From the NCBI GenBank assembly GCA_965205865.1, contig CBDBHR010000029.1, positions 800,001-864,000 on the forward strand: DNA of 64,000 nucleotides. The letters are read 5' to 3'. Numbering within the stretch: the stretch's first letter is position 1; each line of letters begins with the position of its first letter. Of this stretch, positions 30,253 to 40,291 are shown piece after piece. This DNA is from a bacterium (GTDB taxonomy: Bacteria > SAR324 > NAC60-12). The position numbers were made by a program, and so were the translations under genes. The notes beneath the pieces were generated by a model. The model searched no databases, was not told the DNA's origin, and saw only the letters and a program-made list of their open reading frames with translations.

Positions 30253-31707
30253 ATGAAAAATCTAGAAAACAAAAACCTTTTTCGGCAACAGGGATACCTG
30301 AACGGAAAATGGGTGGATGCCGATAACAACGCGGTGATCGAAGTAACGAATCCGGCAACCGGCGAAATCCTGGGAAGCATTCCCAATATGGGACCCGCAG
30401 AAACCCGCAGAGCGATTGAAGCGGCCAACGCGGCATTTCCCGGCTGGCGCGCCTTGACCGCAAAACAGCGGGCCGCTTATATGCGCTGCTGGTACGATTT
30501 GATTCAAGTAAACAAAGACGATCTTGCCTTACTGATGACCCTGGAACAGGGAAAACCACTGACGGAAGCGGCGGGAGAAGTGCAATACGCGGCTGCTTTT
30601 ATCGAATGGTTCGCAGAAGAAGCCAAACGGGCTTATGGGGACATCATTCCCACCCACAAAGCCGATGCGCGAATTGTGGTGACTCGAGAACCGGTGGGGG
30701 TCGTGGCGGCAATCACTCCCTGGAATTTCCCATCGGCAATGATTGCCCGGAAACTGGGACCAGCAATTGCGGTGGGTTGTACAATGGTTTTCAAACCGGC
30801 CAAATACACTCCATATAGCGCCTTTGCCCTGGCCTATCTGGCGGAGCAGGCAGGGATTCCCGAAGGGGTCATCAATGCGGTCACCGGGGAATCGGTACCG
30901 ATTGGTAAAGAACTGACCTCCAACCCCCTGGTACGCAAAGTGACCTTTACGGGATCCACCGGAATTGGAAAAAAGCTGCTGGAACAATCGGCTCGCACCG
31001 TTAAGAAAGTTTCGATGGAATTGGGGGGGAATGCCCCTTTTATCGTCTTTGATGACGCGGATCTGGAAGCCGCTGTGACTGGAGCCGTGGCTGCCAAATA
31101 TCGCAATACCGGACAAACCTGCGTTTGCACCAACCGTTTTTTTGCGCAGTCCGGGATCTATGAAACGTTTGTCGAAAAGCTTTCGGAAAAGGCGCGCAAC
31201 CTGAAAGTAGGTAGTGGCCTCGAAGAAGGAGTGACTCAAGGTCCTCTGATCGATATGGCAGCAGTCGACAAAGTGGAATCTCATATCAAAGATGCCCTGG
31301 CCCAGGGTGCTCGACTAACAGCAGGCGGGGAAAGACACGCGCTGGGAGGTACTTTTTTTCAACCAACGGTGCTGCGCGACGTCACTCCCAGCATGCGAAT
31401 CTGCCGGGAAGAAACGTTTGGCCCTGTTTCCGCCGTCTGCAAATTTGAAAGCGAAGCCGAAGCCATAGCCCTGGCCAATGATACTGAATTTGGTCTGGCG
31501 GCATATTTCTATACCCGGGATCTTGGCCGGGCATGGCGAGTCGGTGAAGCCTTGGAGTATGGAATCGTGGGGATCAATGAAGGGATCATTTCTACGGAGA
31601 CGGCTCCCTTTGGCGGTTTCAAGGAATCCGGAATTGGTCGGGAAGGTTCCAAATACGGTATTGATGATTACACCGAAATCAAATATATGCTGATGGGCGG
31701 TATCTAA
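30253..31707 (+). CDS. gabD: NAD(P)-dependent succinate-semialdehyde dehydrogenase
   Basis: ITPWNFP, FTGST, MELGGNAP, GQTCVC, EETFGP. Confidence 0.92.
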   Translation: MKNLENKNLFRQQGYLNGKWVDADNNAVIEVTNPATGEILGSIPNMGPAETRRAIEAANAAFPGWRALTAKQRAAYMRCWYDLIQVNKDDLALLMTLEQGKPLTEAAGEVQYAAAFIEWFAEEAKRAYGDIIPTHKADARIVVTREPVGVVAAITPWNFPSAMIARKLGPAIAVGCTMVFKPAKYTPYSAFALAYLAEQAGIPEGVINAVTGESVPIGKELTSNPLVRKVTFTGSTGIGKKLLEQSARTVKKVSMELGGNAPFIVFDDADLEAAVTGAVAAKYRNTGQTCVCTNRFFAQSGIYETFVEKLSEKARNLKVGSGLEEGVTQGPLIDMAAVDKVESHIKDALAQGARLTAGGERHALGGTFFQPTVLRDVTPSMRICREETFGPVSAVCKFESEAEAIALANDTEFGLAAYFYTRDLGRAWRVGEALEYGIVGINEGIISTETAPFGGFKESGIGREGSKYGIDDYTEIKYMLMGGI

Positions 31708-31743
31708 CGAGTTTCGCTACTTCTTCGTAAGCAGTCAATGCAA

Positions 31744-31793
31744 TGTCGGCCTTCGTTTTTCCGGATTTTTTAACAGGAACAACGGAGGCGACA
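31744..31793. terminator. Long hairpin between convergent gabD and rplL, possible bidirectional terminator
   Basis: TGTCG(G)CCTTCGTT(T)TTCC pairs with GGAA(C)AACGGAGGCGACA. Confidence 0.55.
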
Positions 31794-31958
31794 CTTTCCA
31801 TTCTGTAACTCGACACTAAAAATTCTTCGTCCCTGTTGAATTGACAGGCATGAATCTCCTCTCAGCTAAAGGGAGGTGGGGGAGAATTTCCACGTCTGAA
31901 AAAATTCGCTCCGGAATGGCGCGTAGTTGTGTCTGGTGTTGAGTTCGACGCTTGATTG

Positions 31959-32348
31959 TCATTGAATTTCAATCGTAGCGCCAGCAGCTTCCAGTTTTTC
32001 TTTGATTTCATCCGCTTCGGCTTTAGGAATTCCTTCCTTTACAGGTTTCGGTGCCGATTCGACGAATTCTTTGGCTTCTTTCAATCCCAGTCCGGTAAGG
32101 GCGCGAACCTCTTTAATGACATTGATCTTTTTTTCTCCAAAAGAGGCGAGGATTACGTTGAATTCATCCCTTGCTTCTTCAACCACTCCCACTGCTTCTC
32201 CTTCTCCGGCAGCAGGGACCGCGACCGTGGTGGCAGCGGCAGCGCTGACTCCGAATTTTTCTTCCAGTTCTTTAACCATCTCCGATAATTCCAGAACGGA
32301 CATACCGGAGATAAAATCAATGACTTGTTCTTTGCTGATTTCAGGCAT
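31959..32348 (-). CDS. rplL: 50S ribosomal protein L7/L12
   Basis: [31 protein letters not shown]. Confidence 0.98.
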   Translation of the reverse strand: MPEISKEQVIDFISGMSVLELSEMVKELEEKFGVSAAAATTVAVPAAGEGEAVGVVEEARDEFNVILASFGEKKINVIKEVRALTGLGLKEAKEFVESAPKPVKEGIPKAEADEIKEKLEAAGATIEIQ

Positions 32349-32360
32349 GGTTTTTCCTTT

Positions 32361-32897
32361 TCATGAAACGTTATTTTTTGCATCCGCTATCGCGGACAAA
32401 GTACGGACAAATTTTGCGGGTATCTCATTGAGCAGGCGAACAAATTGAAAGATGGGGGCATTGAACAGGAAAAGCAGTTTTGCCGCTAGTTCTTCTTTGG
32501 AAGGCAAATTGGCCAGGGTGTTGACCTCCTCTGGCTGAAGCAAGGAGAATTTCCCTTCACTGCGCAACAAACCCATTTTGACCTGCAATGCTTCATTCCT
32601 TTTTGCGAACCCACTGACGACTTTAGCCGGCCCAATCGCGTTTTTGTAACTGAAGACCAGCGCGCGCGTATCCAAAAACTGCTCTTTCATGCCCTCAAAC
32701 GGGGTTCCTTCCAAGGCAATAATTGCCAACGTGTTTTTCACAATGCGCATCTTGGAATCCGTTTGGTTGAGTTCCTTACGCAACTCCACCGCCTTATTGG
32801 CCGACAACCCCTTGGGGTCCACTAATACGGCCGATGCAACACTGCTGAATAACTCTCTCAACTCCGTTACAATAGCTTCTTTGGTTGATTTTTCCAC
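32361..32897 (-). CDS. rplJ: 50S ribosomal protein L10
   Basis: ELRKEL...VKNTLA...LANLPSKEEL; synteny. Confidence 0.96.
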   Translation of the reverse strand: MEKSTKEAIVTELRELFSSVASAVLVDPKGLSANKAVELRKELNQTDSKMRIVKNTLAIIALEGTPFEGMKEQFLDTRALVFSYKNAIGPAKVVSGFAKRNEALQVKMGLLRSEGKFSLLQPEEVNTLANLPSKEELAAKLLFLFNAPIFQFVRLLNEIPAKFVRTLSAIADAKNNVS

Positions 32898-33009
32898 ACT
32901 ACCTCACAAAATAAAGCGAATCCTGCCTTCCGGACAGAATCCGATTATGGTTAAAAACGATTAAAACAGAGACAGGCAAAGAAGAAAGAAAAATCGGCAG
33001 GATATTTCT

Positions 33010-33068
33010 TGTCTCGGCGGGGTGGGATTTTAAGCCTTCAGATCAGAGGGCCCCTGCTGTCTTCGACA
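33010..33068 (-). ncRNA. Ribosomal protein L10 leader (autogenous regulatory RNA), core region
   Basis: GTCGAAGACAGCAGG...TTAA...CCCGCCGAGAC in the rplA-rplJ spacer matches the L10(L12)4 leader pattern. Confidence 0.75.
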
Positions 33069-33172
33069 ATCGCTTTAAAATTGGTACAATTTTGGCCTTT
33101 TCGAAGAAAGGCGCCGTGTTGAATTCAGATTATGCGCTGGTTTTCACTCCTCTCAGAGGGTTGTAATTGGCA

Positions 33173-33865
33173 TTATTGGTTCACAGAAACTTTCAATCCC
33201 GGACCCATGGTCGAACTAATGGAAATGTTTTTGAGATAGATACCTTTTGACGTCGAGGGTTTCAAACGCACCACCGTGTTTACAAAAGTTTTAATATTAT
33301 CCGACAGTTTGTCTGTTGTGAAAGAAGCCTTACCGACTGGAATATGAAGATTTCCCTTTTTATCCACTTTGAACTCCACTTGGCCGGCCTTGATACTCCG
33401 GATAACGTTCGTTAGTTCGAATGTGACGGTTCCCACTTTAGGATTAGGCATCAGGCCTCGTGGTCCCAGGATTCTACCCAATTTACCGACCATGGCCATC
33501 ATATCCGGAGTGGCAACCACGCGATCGAACTCAAACCAGCCTTCCTCTTGGATTTTTTTAACATATTCTTCACCCCCCACATAGTCAGCACCCGCATTGC
33601 GGGCCTCGAGTAGCTTCTCTCCCTTGGCAAATACCAGAACTCGAATCACTTTCCCCAATCCATGAGGTAACGCGCATGTGCCCCGCACCATCTGTTCCGC
33701 TTTTCGAGGATCGACCCCTAATCGAATCGCCACGTCCACGGTTTCATCAAACCTGGTAGTTTTGACTCCTTTGATTAAATCCAGGGCATCTTCCAAAGGG
33801 TATACCTGCATTTTGTCGATTTTTTCCAGGATGGCACTGTTCCGTTTGCTTCTCTTTTTCATCAA
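33173..33865 (-). CDS. rplA: 50S ribosomal protein L1
   Basis: FDETV, LGPRGLMPNPKVGTV, SSTMGPG. Confidence 0.98.
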   Translation of the reverse strand: MMKKRSKRNSAILEKIDKMQVYPLEDALDLIKGVKTTRFDETVDVAIRLGVDPRKAEQMVRGTCALPHGLGKVIRVLVFAKGEKLLEARNAGADYVGGEEYVKKIQEEGWFEFDRVVATPDMMAMVGKLGRILGPRGLMPNPKVGTVTFELTNVIRSIKAGQVEFKVDKKGNLHIPVGKASFTTDKLSDNIKTFVNTVVRLKPSTSKGIYLKNISISSTMGPGLKVSVNQ

Positions 33866-33929
33866 GACCTCACTTATTGAATGACGATAGGATTGTACAC
33901 TTTAACTGATTCGAATGAAATTTTCCACA

Positions 33930-34352
33930 TTATCTTTCAATTTCCACACCCATGTTCCGGGCTGTTCCTGCTACAATTCGTTTGGCGGCATCAATATCAT
34001 AGCAATTCAAATCCGGCATTTTGATTTGGGCGATTTCTTCCAGTTGGTGCTGAGACAAGGTGCCCACTTTGGCCGTATTTGGAGTGGGGGAGCCCTTTTC
34101 AAGCTTGAGCGCTTGCATGATCAAAAACGCGGCAGGAGGTGTTTTCATGATGTAGGTAAAAGAGCGGTCTGAAAAAACCGTAATAACGACCGGAATGATA
34201 GTATCCTGCCCCTGTGTCTGCGCGTTGAAGCTCTTGCAAAACTCCATGATATTGACCCCGTGTTGACCCAGGGCAGGGCCGATGGGAGGAGAGGGATTGG
34301 CCTTGCCCGCAGGCACCTGTAATTTGATGTAACCCATTACTTTTTTTGCCAT
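33930..34352 (-). CDS. rplK: 50S ribosomal protein L11
   Basis: [25 protein letters not shown]. Confidence 0.98.
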   Translation of the reverse strand: MAKKVMGYIKLQVPAGKANPSPPIGPALGQHGVNIMEFCKSFNAQTQGQDTIIPVVITVFSDRSFTYIMKTPPAAFLIMQALKLEKGSPTPNTAKVGTLSQHQLEEIAQIKMPDLNCYDIDAAKRIVAGTARNMGVEIER

Positions 34353-34382
34353 AACATTCCACCAAGAATTGTTGATAATTTC

Positions 34383-35087
34383 TTAGATACTTTTCACTTT
34401 GTCAAATTCAATTTCAACAGGAGTGGGACGTCCAAAAATACTGACCAACACTTTCAGTTTTCTTTTTTCCCGATTGATTTCATCAATGGTGCCATTGAAA
34501 TTATTAAAAGGCCCTTCAGAAATCATCACTTTTTGTCCCACCACATATTCTTCCTCCAGGACTGCTTGTTGGGCGCCGCTATCAATTTGCTGAACGATTT
34601 TTTCCAGTTCTTTTTCATCGAGAGGCAAGGGATTTTTTTGAGTCCCTCCTACAAATCCCGAAATTCGGGAAGTGTTCATCAGCAAATGCCACAGTTCCGG
34701 TGTCAGTTTGGCCTGAATGAGAATATAGCCTGGAAAATATTTCTGATTGACGGTTTGGTGTTTGCCTCCCTTCGTTTTTGTCACATTTTCGGAAGGGATG
34801 AATATTTGCTGCACCAGGTGTTCCAATTTTTCAATGCGCAGTTTTTCTCGAACCGTCTTTTCAACACGAGATTCATACTGCGCGTAAGCCTGCAGGATGT
34901 ACCACTTGTAATCAGGATCTCTCGCATTGTTTTCAGCAACCGTTCCGTCAGCAGTCGTTTCAGCAGAAGTTTCTTCAGAAACAATATCGGCAAGATTTTT
35001 CCCGGGAACCGATTCATCCGAGATGACTTCTTCAGACAGGTCCGCGCTCTGCTTTAAAGCTTGTTCCGCTGTTTTTTCCTCAGACAT
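34383..35087 (-). CDS. nusG: Transcription factor NusG with an acidic N-terminal extension
   Basis: KWYIL, FPGYIL, KOW GPFNNFNG, IFGRPTPVE. Start taken at ATG 35087. Confidence 0.95.
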   Translation of the reverse strand: MSEEKTAEQALKQSADLSEEVISDESVPGKNLADIVSEETSAETTADGTVAENNARDPDYKWYILQAYAQYESRVEKTVREKLRIEKLEHLVQQIFIPSENVTKTKGGKHQTVNQKYFPGYILIQAKLTPELWHLLMNTSRISGFVGGTQKNPLPLDEKELEKIVQQIDSGAQQAVLEEEYVVGQKVMISEGPFNNFNGTIDEINREKRKLKVLVSIFGRPTPVEIEFDKVKSI

Positions 35088-35095
35088 CGAGTAAC

Positions 35096-35284
35096 TCAAG
35101 TAGAAATAATCAATTGCATTAGCTCAGAGAGACCCAAATCCACGATTCCCAAAAAGAGCGAAATGGTGATGGTCACCCCAAGCACCACGTATGTCGATTT
35201 AATCGTGGCTTCGCGGGTCGGCCATTGGATGCGCTTGAATTCTGAACGAACATCTTCTAAAAATTGCCTTATTCTTTTAAACAT
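35096..35284 (-). CDS. secE: Preprotein translocase subunit SecE
   Basis: EFKRIQWPT plus one TM; ATG 35284 with a GAGGA RBS. Confidence 0.93.
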   Translation of the reverse strand: MFKRIRQFLEDVRSEFKRIQWPTREATIKSTYVVLGVTITISLFLGIVDLGLSELMQLIIST

Positions 35285-35352
35285 ATCCTCTTCTCCGAGC
35301 CAGGTTTCTCCCTTTTTCTGAAAATACCTCGTTTCCGGAAGAGTGGGAGTGA

Positions 35353-35428
35353 TGGCAGGCCAGACAGGAGTCGAACCTGCGACCCTCGGTTTTGGAGACC
35401 GATGCTCTGCCAACTGAGCTACTGGCCT
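35353..35428 (-). tRNA. tRNA-Trp (CCA)
   Basis: Cloverleaf AGGCCAG...CTCCAAA...GTTCGACTC...CTGGCCTGCCA. Confidence 0.96.
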
Positions 35429-35465
35429 ACTTGATTCTATTTAAACAATGCCACCATGCAGAAAG

Positions 35466-35630
35466 CTATTTGGTTTCCTTATGCATCGTGTGGCGACGAT
35501 CCCACTTGCAATACTTCATAATTTCCATACGGCTTTGCTTCAGACTTTTGTTGCGGGAAGTCGTATAATTTTTACGATTGCATTCCTTGCATTCGAGTTG
35601 AATGATATCTCGTTTACTTTTTCCTGCCAT
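35466..35630 (-). CDS. rpmG: 50S ribosomal protein L33 (Zn-ribbon type)
   Basis: LECKECNRKNY...KYCKWDRRHTMHKE. Confidence 0.95.
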   Translation of the reverse strand: MAGKSKRDIIQLECKECNRKNYTTSRNKSLKQSRMEIMKYCKWDRRHTMHKETK

Positions 35631-35645
35631 AATTTCCTCTTCTAC

Positions 35646-35720
35646 TGGAGCCTGGGAGCAGGATTGAACTGCCGACCTCTTCCTTACCAAGGAAGCGCTC
35701 TGCCACTGAGCTACCCAGGC
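35646..35720 (-). tRNA. tRNA-Thr (GGT)
   Basis: GCCTGGG...TTGGTAA...GTTCAATC...CCCAGGCTCCA. Confidence 0.95.
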
Positions 35721-35831
35721 AAATCCGCTCTTTTATGCTGATCAAACAATCGAAACCCACCTCGAGATGACAGGCCTGGGTTGTCTCAGACTTCAACTCC
35801 GTTTAATAGATTTGCTCTTTCGTTATATATG

Positions 35832-35916
35832 TGGTGGGGAGAGAAGGAGTCGAACCTTCGAAGGCTTCGCCGTCAGATTTACAGTCTGATCCCTTTGACC
35901 ACTCGGGAATCTCCCC
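35832..35916 (-). tRNA. tRNA-Tyr (GTA)
   Basis: GGGGAGA...CTGTAAA, long variable arm, TTCGAC, CCA end. Confidence 0.95.
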
Positions 35917-35978
35917 AATACTTTGACTTCAGAAAGGTTTTCTTCTTGGCTGCCAGCCATCGACCTTTCTTTTTTAAC

Positions 35979-36054
35979 TGGAGCTGGCAAAGGGACTTGA
36001 ACCCACAACCTGCTGATTACAAATCAGCTGCTCTACCAATTGAGCTATGCCAGC
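35979..36054 (-). tRNA. tRNA-Thr (TGT)
   Basis: GCTGGCA...TTTGTAA...GTTCAAGTC...TGCCAGCTCCA. Confidence 0.95.
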
Positions 36055-36117
36055 AAAACTGATATTTTTATGTTAAAAATTCGAATTTGTCAAACTTAAA
36101 AAGAAATTCACGAATCT

Positions 36118-37617
36118 TCAAATTTTGAGATGGCCTCCAATGTAAGCCATCAATCCCCGGGCAGAGGTAAAACCAATCGGTTTCCCATCGTCCAGAACCG
36201 GAAGGTGGTGAGTTCCGGCAATCACCATTTGGTTGAAGGCAAAAGCAATGGAATCCTTTTGATCCACGCAAACCGGATTGGCGCGCATCAATTGAGAAAC
36301 GGGGAGGGTTTTCAAGTCCAAACCGCGACCGATGATTTTATCGACAACGTCCTCATCCGTAAAAATCCCAATCAGTTTGCCATCCTCATGTACGTGTACA
36401 CAGCCATAATTTTTTCCCAACATCAACTCAATTGCATGGGCCACACTGTCTGAAGGCGCCACCACCAACGCTTGTGGAGGCTCGAGGACGCTGATGGGTT
36501 CTTCCATGAGATCCTTTTGTCCTCCTTTGGGAATCTCCGGAAAAATATCGATATCCTGCAGCTCCGGATCATCGTCCAAATCCTGACCCACCTTGATTGC
36601 CGAGATTTCCCATACCTGACCGCTATAAAGCAATTGTCGCAAATCGCCGCGGCCTTTTTTCGCCACTTGGTCTTCCACTTTGAAGCTTAGTAAGTCTTCA
36701 TAGGTACCCCGCTCTTTTTGATACAAAATTCCCATGGGAACAGGAAAATCAGGATAATTCAATTGAGATAACAATTCTGCCTCCATAGCATTGCCGACAT
36801 CATGGACAATCAGGTCTTCTTCACTGATCCCATTACCCAAAGTGACTACCTCGGGTTTGAGCTGATCGAGTCGAATTCCCCTGTCTCGATTTTTACCAAA
36901 GACGAGGGGTTGTCCATCTTCAAGCTTCAGCATTCGCTCTTCGCGGACTGCGCGATTACTCATATATTCAAAGGCATTGTCGTTGAATATATTGCAATTT
37001 TGATAAATTTCCACAAACGACGCGCCTTTGTGGGCAGGTACGGCTTTGAGGATACTTTGCAACCCTTTGGGATCAACGTCGAGGCTGCGCGCCACAAAAG
37101 AAGCTCCGGAGGCCAAAGCCAATCGGGTGGGTTCCAAAGGAAAATCAACCGATCCGAAAGGAGTGCTTTTCGTTGTCTTTCCCAATTCGGAGGTGGGTGA
37201 ATATTGTCCTTTTGTCAAACCATAGATACGGTTATTGAAAAGCAAGATATTGACGTCGACATTACGGCGCAAGATATGGATAAGGTGATTGCCCCCAATG
37301 CTCAAACCATCGCCATCGCCGGTTACCACCCAAACAGAGAGATCCGGACGGCTCACTTTCAGCCCTGTCGCAAAAGCCGGCGCTCTTCCGTGGATGGTAT
37401 GAAATCCATAAGTGTTCATATAATAAGGAAAGCGACTGGAACAACCAATCCCGGAAATGAAAACGATTTTTTCTCGAGGTACTCCGATTTCCGGCATCAC
37501 CTTTTGGACATTTGCCAAAATGGAATAATCACCGCATCCCGGACACCAACGTACATTTTGATCAGAAACAAAATCTGCTTTGCTTAATTTTTTCATTTCC
37601 AGTGGTTGCGCACTCAT
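36118..37617 (-). CDS. korB: 2-oxoacid:ferredoxin oxidoreductase beta subunit fused to a C-terminal CBS pair
   Basis: WCPGCGD, GIGCS, GDGD, YGLTKGQ, then an acidic linker and two CBS repeats (GKLIGIFT...HHLPVLDDGKPIG). Confidence 0.93.
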   Translation of the reverse strand: MSAQPLEMKKLSKADFVSDQNVRWCPGCGDYSILANVQKVMPEIGVPREKIVFISGIGCSSRFPYYMNTYGFHTIHGRAPAFATGLKVSRPDLSVWVVTGDGDGLSIGGNHLIHILRRNVDVNILLFNNRIYGLTKGQYSPTSELGKTTKSTPFGSVDFPLEPTRLALASGASFVARSLDVDPKGLQSILKAVPAHKGASFVEIYQNCNIFNDNAFEYMSNRAVREERMLKLEDGQPLVFGKNRDRGIRLDQLKPEVVTLGNGISEEDLIVHDVGNAMEAELLSQLNYPDFPVPMGILYQKERGTYEDLLSFKVEDQVAKKGRGDLRQLLYSGQVWEISAIKVGQDLDDDPELQDIDIFPEIPKGGQKDLMEEPISVLEPPQALVVAPSDSVAHAIELMLGKNYGCVHVHEDGKLIGIFTDEDVVDKIIGRGLDLKTLPVSQLMRANPVCVDQKDSIAFAFNQMVIAGTHHLPVLDDGKPIGFTSARGLMAYIGGHLKI

Positions 37618-37626
37618 AAAGCTTTC

Positions 37627-39474
37627 TCATAATAATTCAAGCATACGGTTTCGTAACTCGGACACCAGGAAGGGTTTTCCTTGCACTTTGTTGAAAGGAA
37701 TCGCATCGATCAAGAACTCGGACCTCAATATTTGACAGAGTTGCCCCAGATTCAACTCAGGGACCAACACTCTTTTATAGTTTTTCAACAAGTCCCCCAA
37801 ATTTCGTTGCAAAGGGTAAAGATAACGCAAATGCGCGGAGGCGACTGCTTTTCCTTCAGCTTGTAACGCCTCCACGGCTGAAATGACGGAGCCATAAGTT
37901 CCGCCCCAGCTCAAAACGAGGAGGTCCCCCTGTTTGGGGCCCCGGACTTGAAGAAGGGGAAGATCCCTGGCAATTCCCTTGATTTTAGCCGCCCGGGTGT
38001 CGACCATTTTTTGGTGATTGAGAGGATCATAGCTCACATTTCCGGTCACGCTATCCTTTTCCAAGCCACCCAACCGGTGTTCAAGTCCTGGTGTTCCGGG
38101 AACAGCCCAGGCACGCGCCAGAGTTTCCGGGTTGCGCAGATAAGGCGTGAAGCCTTCGGGATCGGTATGAAAGGTGGGTTCCAAGTTCGGAAGATCTTCG
38201 ATTTCAGGCAACATCCAGGGCTCCGCGCCGTTTGCCAAGTAGCCATCACTCAATACCATCACTGGGGTCATGTACTTCAAAGCCAGACGATAAGCTTCCA
38301 CCATGATATAGAAACAATCTCCCGGGGTTTGCGGGGCAATCACGACAACCGGACATTCTCCATGTCGACCATTGATAGCCATTAACAGGTCGGCCTGTTC
38401 GGTTTTAGTGGGCATGCCCGTGGAAGGCCCGGCGCGCTGGACGTCTATTACGACCAGCGGCAATTCGGCAGTGACGGCCAGACTGATGCCTTCCCCCTTC
38501 AGTAAGATTCCCGGACCGCTGGAAGTCGTTAAGCCCAAGATTCCACCAAATGCGGCGCCAATGGTCGCGCAAATGGCAGAAATTTCATCCTCGGCTTGAA
38601 AGGTTTTGATGCCAAAATTTTGATATCCGGACAATTCGTGGAGGATATCGGAAGCCGGCGTAATAGGGTATGACGAGAGCAACAAAGGACGTTTAGCTTG
38701 TACAGCGGCTGCCACAGATCCCAGAGCAAGCGCCTGGTTTCCGGTAATCTGACGATACACTCCTGGAGGCAACGTTGCCGGTTTGACCTTGTAATGCTCG
38801 GCAAATTCCATGGTAATGCCATAGTTATAGCCTGCATCGAGGGCCAATTGGTTGGCTTGCCTGATCAAAGGCAGTTTACTGAATTTGCTCTCAATCCATT
38901 TCAGGGTGTGCTCCATAGGGCGATCAAACAACCAGAAGATCATCCCCAAGGCGAACAGATTTTTACACCGCTCCGCCTGACGCTTGGACAATCCTACCTC
39001 CTCCACCGCCTTCAACGTCAAGGAACTCAAAGGGACTCCATAGACTCGATAATCCTTCAAGGAATCTGATTCGAGGGGATTTTCCGCATAGGTGGCTTTT
39101 CTCAAGTCGTTTTCGGAGAAATTGTCGGAATTGACAATCAGGATTCCTCCTTTTTTCAAGTCCCGATGATTGACTCGTAAGGCGGCAGGATTCATGGCAA
39201 CCAGCACATCAACGATATCCCCGATTGTGTAAATATCATGATGAGAGAAGCTTACCTGGAATCCGGAAACTCCTGGCAGGGTTCCGGCAGGCGCACGGAT
39301 TTCTGCAGGAAAATCAGGGAAAGTACTGACATCATTGCCGGCCAGTGCGGAAGTGACAGTGAACTGGTCCCCGGTGAGTTGCATGCCGTCTCCGGAATCT
39401 CCGGCAAAACAGATAGTGATTGTTTCACGCTCCTGACGAACCACCGGAGGGCGGGCAAGCACTGTTTGTTCCAT
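37627..39474 (-). CDS. korA: 2-oxoacid:ferredoxin oxidoreductase alpha subunit (gamma-alpha fusion)
   Basis: [31 protein letters not shown]. Confidence 0.94.
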   Translation of the reverse strand: MEQTVLARPPVVRQERETITICFAGDSGDGMQLTGDQFTVTSALAGNDVSTFPDFPAEIRAPAGTLPGVSGFQVSFSHHDIYTIGDIVDVLVAMNPAALRVNHRDLKKGGILIVNSDNFSENDLRKATYAENPLESDSLKDYRVYGVPLSSLTLKAVEEVGLSKRQAERCKNLFALGMIFWLFDRPMEHTLKWIESKFSKLPLIRQANQLALDAGYNYGITMEFAEHYKVKPATLPPGVYRQITGNQALALGSVAAAVQAKRPLLLSSYPITPASDILHELSGYQNFGIKTFQAEDEISAICATIGAAFGGILGLTTSSGPGILLKGEGISLAVTAELPLVVIDVQRAGPSTGMPTKTEQADLLMAINGRHGECPVVVIAPQTPGDCFYIMVEAYRLALKYMTPVMVLSDGYLANGAEPWMLPEIEDLPNLEPTFHTDPEGFTPYLRNPETLARAWAVPGTPGLEHRLGGLEKDSVTGNVSYDPLNHQKMVDTRAAKIKGIARDLPLLQVRGPKQGDLLVLSWGGTYGSVISAVEALQAEGKAVASAHLRYLYPLQRNLGDLLKNYKRVLVPELNLGQLCQILRSEFLIDAIPFNKVQGKPFLVSELRNRMLELL

Positions 39475-39535
39475 TTTTCAAACCTTTAGTAAACCGGCAT
39501 TATCGTGATGCTAACATGATGGAAAAGCGTTTAGG

Positions 39536-40012
39536 TCAGGCACCATCAGGAGTTGAGCTGACTTGGCGAGGATCCGGAGGCAGATTATAAACGGCTGCCG
39601 GAAAGTAAGCTGCAATATGGCTGATTAAAGCCCGCACTGTTGCCACTCCCACAATTTTTCCTTCTTCATCCACGATAGGCAACGCCCGGCGATTTTCCAT
39701 GCGCAACAAATCAATCGTTTCCCGCAAGGTTGTTGTGAGCATCAATGTTTGGGGATGAGGCGCCATAATGGTTTCGACTGCGTTATTCAAATCAACGTCA
39801 GAGAGAGCCAATTTGAGCATGGTGATATGCTGGTTGAGGATACCCACCGGCTTTCCTCCCTCAACCACTATCGTGGTTTGAATGCCGGAGCCTTCTCTCA
39901 TTTTTTCGATGGTTTGCAAAATGGAAGTGGATATTTCCACAACAACATGAGAGTCCAGTTCTACCTGCCGGAGTTGTTGAGTTTGAAGAATATTTTCAAT
40001 ATCAACTGTCAT
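39536..40012 (-). CDS. Stand-alone CBS-pair protein
   Basis: Two CBS repeats (GKPVGI, RALPIVDEEGKIVGV), with a C-terminal FP..VYNLPP tail. Confidence 0.85.
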   Translation of the reverse strand: MTVDIENILQTQQLRQVELDSHVVVEISTSILQTIEKMREGSGIQTTIVVEGGKPVGILNQHITMLKLALSDVDLNNAVETIMAPHPQTLMLTTTLRETIDLLRMENRRALPIVDEEGKIVGVATVRALISHIAAYFPAAVYNLPPDPRQVSSTPDGA

Positions 40013-40291
40013 AATAAGACGCTAATAGTTAGCCCCGAAAAGAGTGAAGTTTTCTCTGTTTTATCAAGCCATGCGACAAGCTGCTCTTTTCTATGCAGCA
40101 TAGAGTTTCCAATTTTTATACATATATTTATCAAATTTGTCTGCAAAAAAAAATCCATTTGCAAACAACTATTGAGATTGCCAACCTTGGTGAAATCGGA
40201 AATGTCCGGAGAAAAAGCTCGCCAGATCGCCGGACTCTGTCTTGCCCAAGTTTGATTCGCGCCAGTCAATGGTTTCAGGTAGTTACGGTGC

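Noticed and set aside
35096-35413. Extended SecE and L33 ORFs from the ORF track
   Set aside because: The extensions run through tRNA-Trp and tRNA-Thr; the downstream ATGs with RBS (35284, 35630) are the likely starts.
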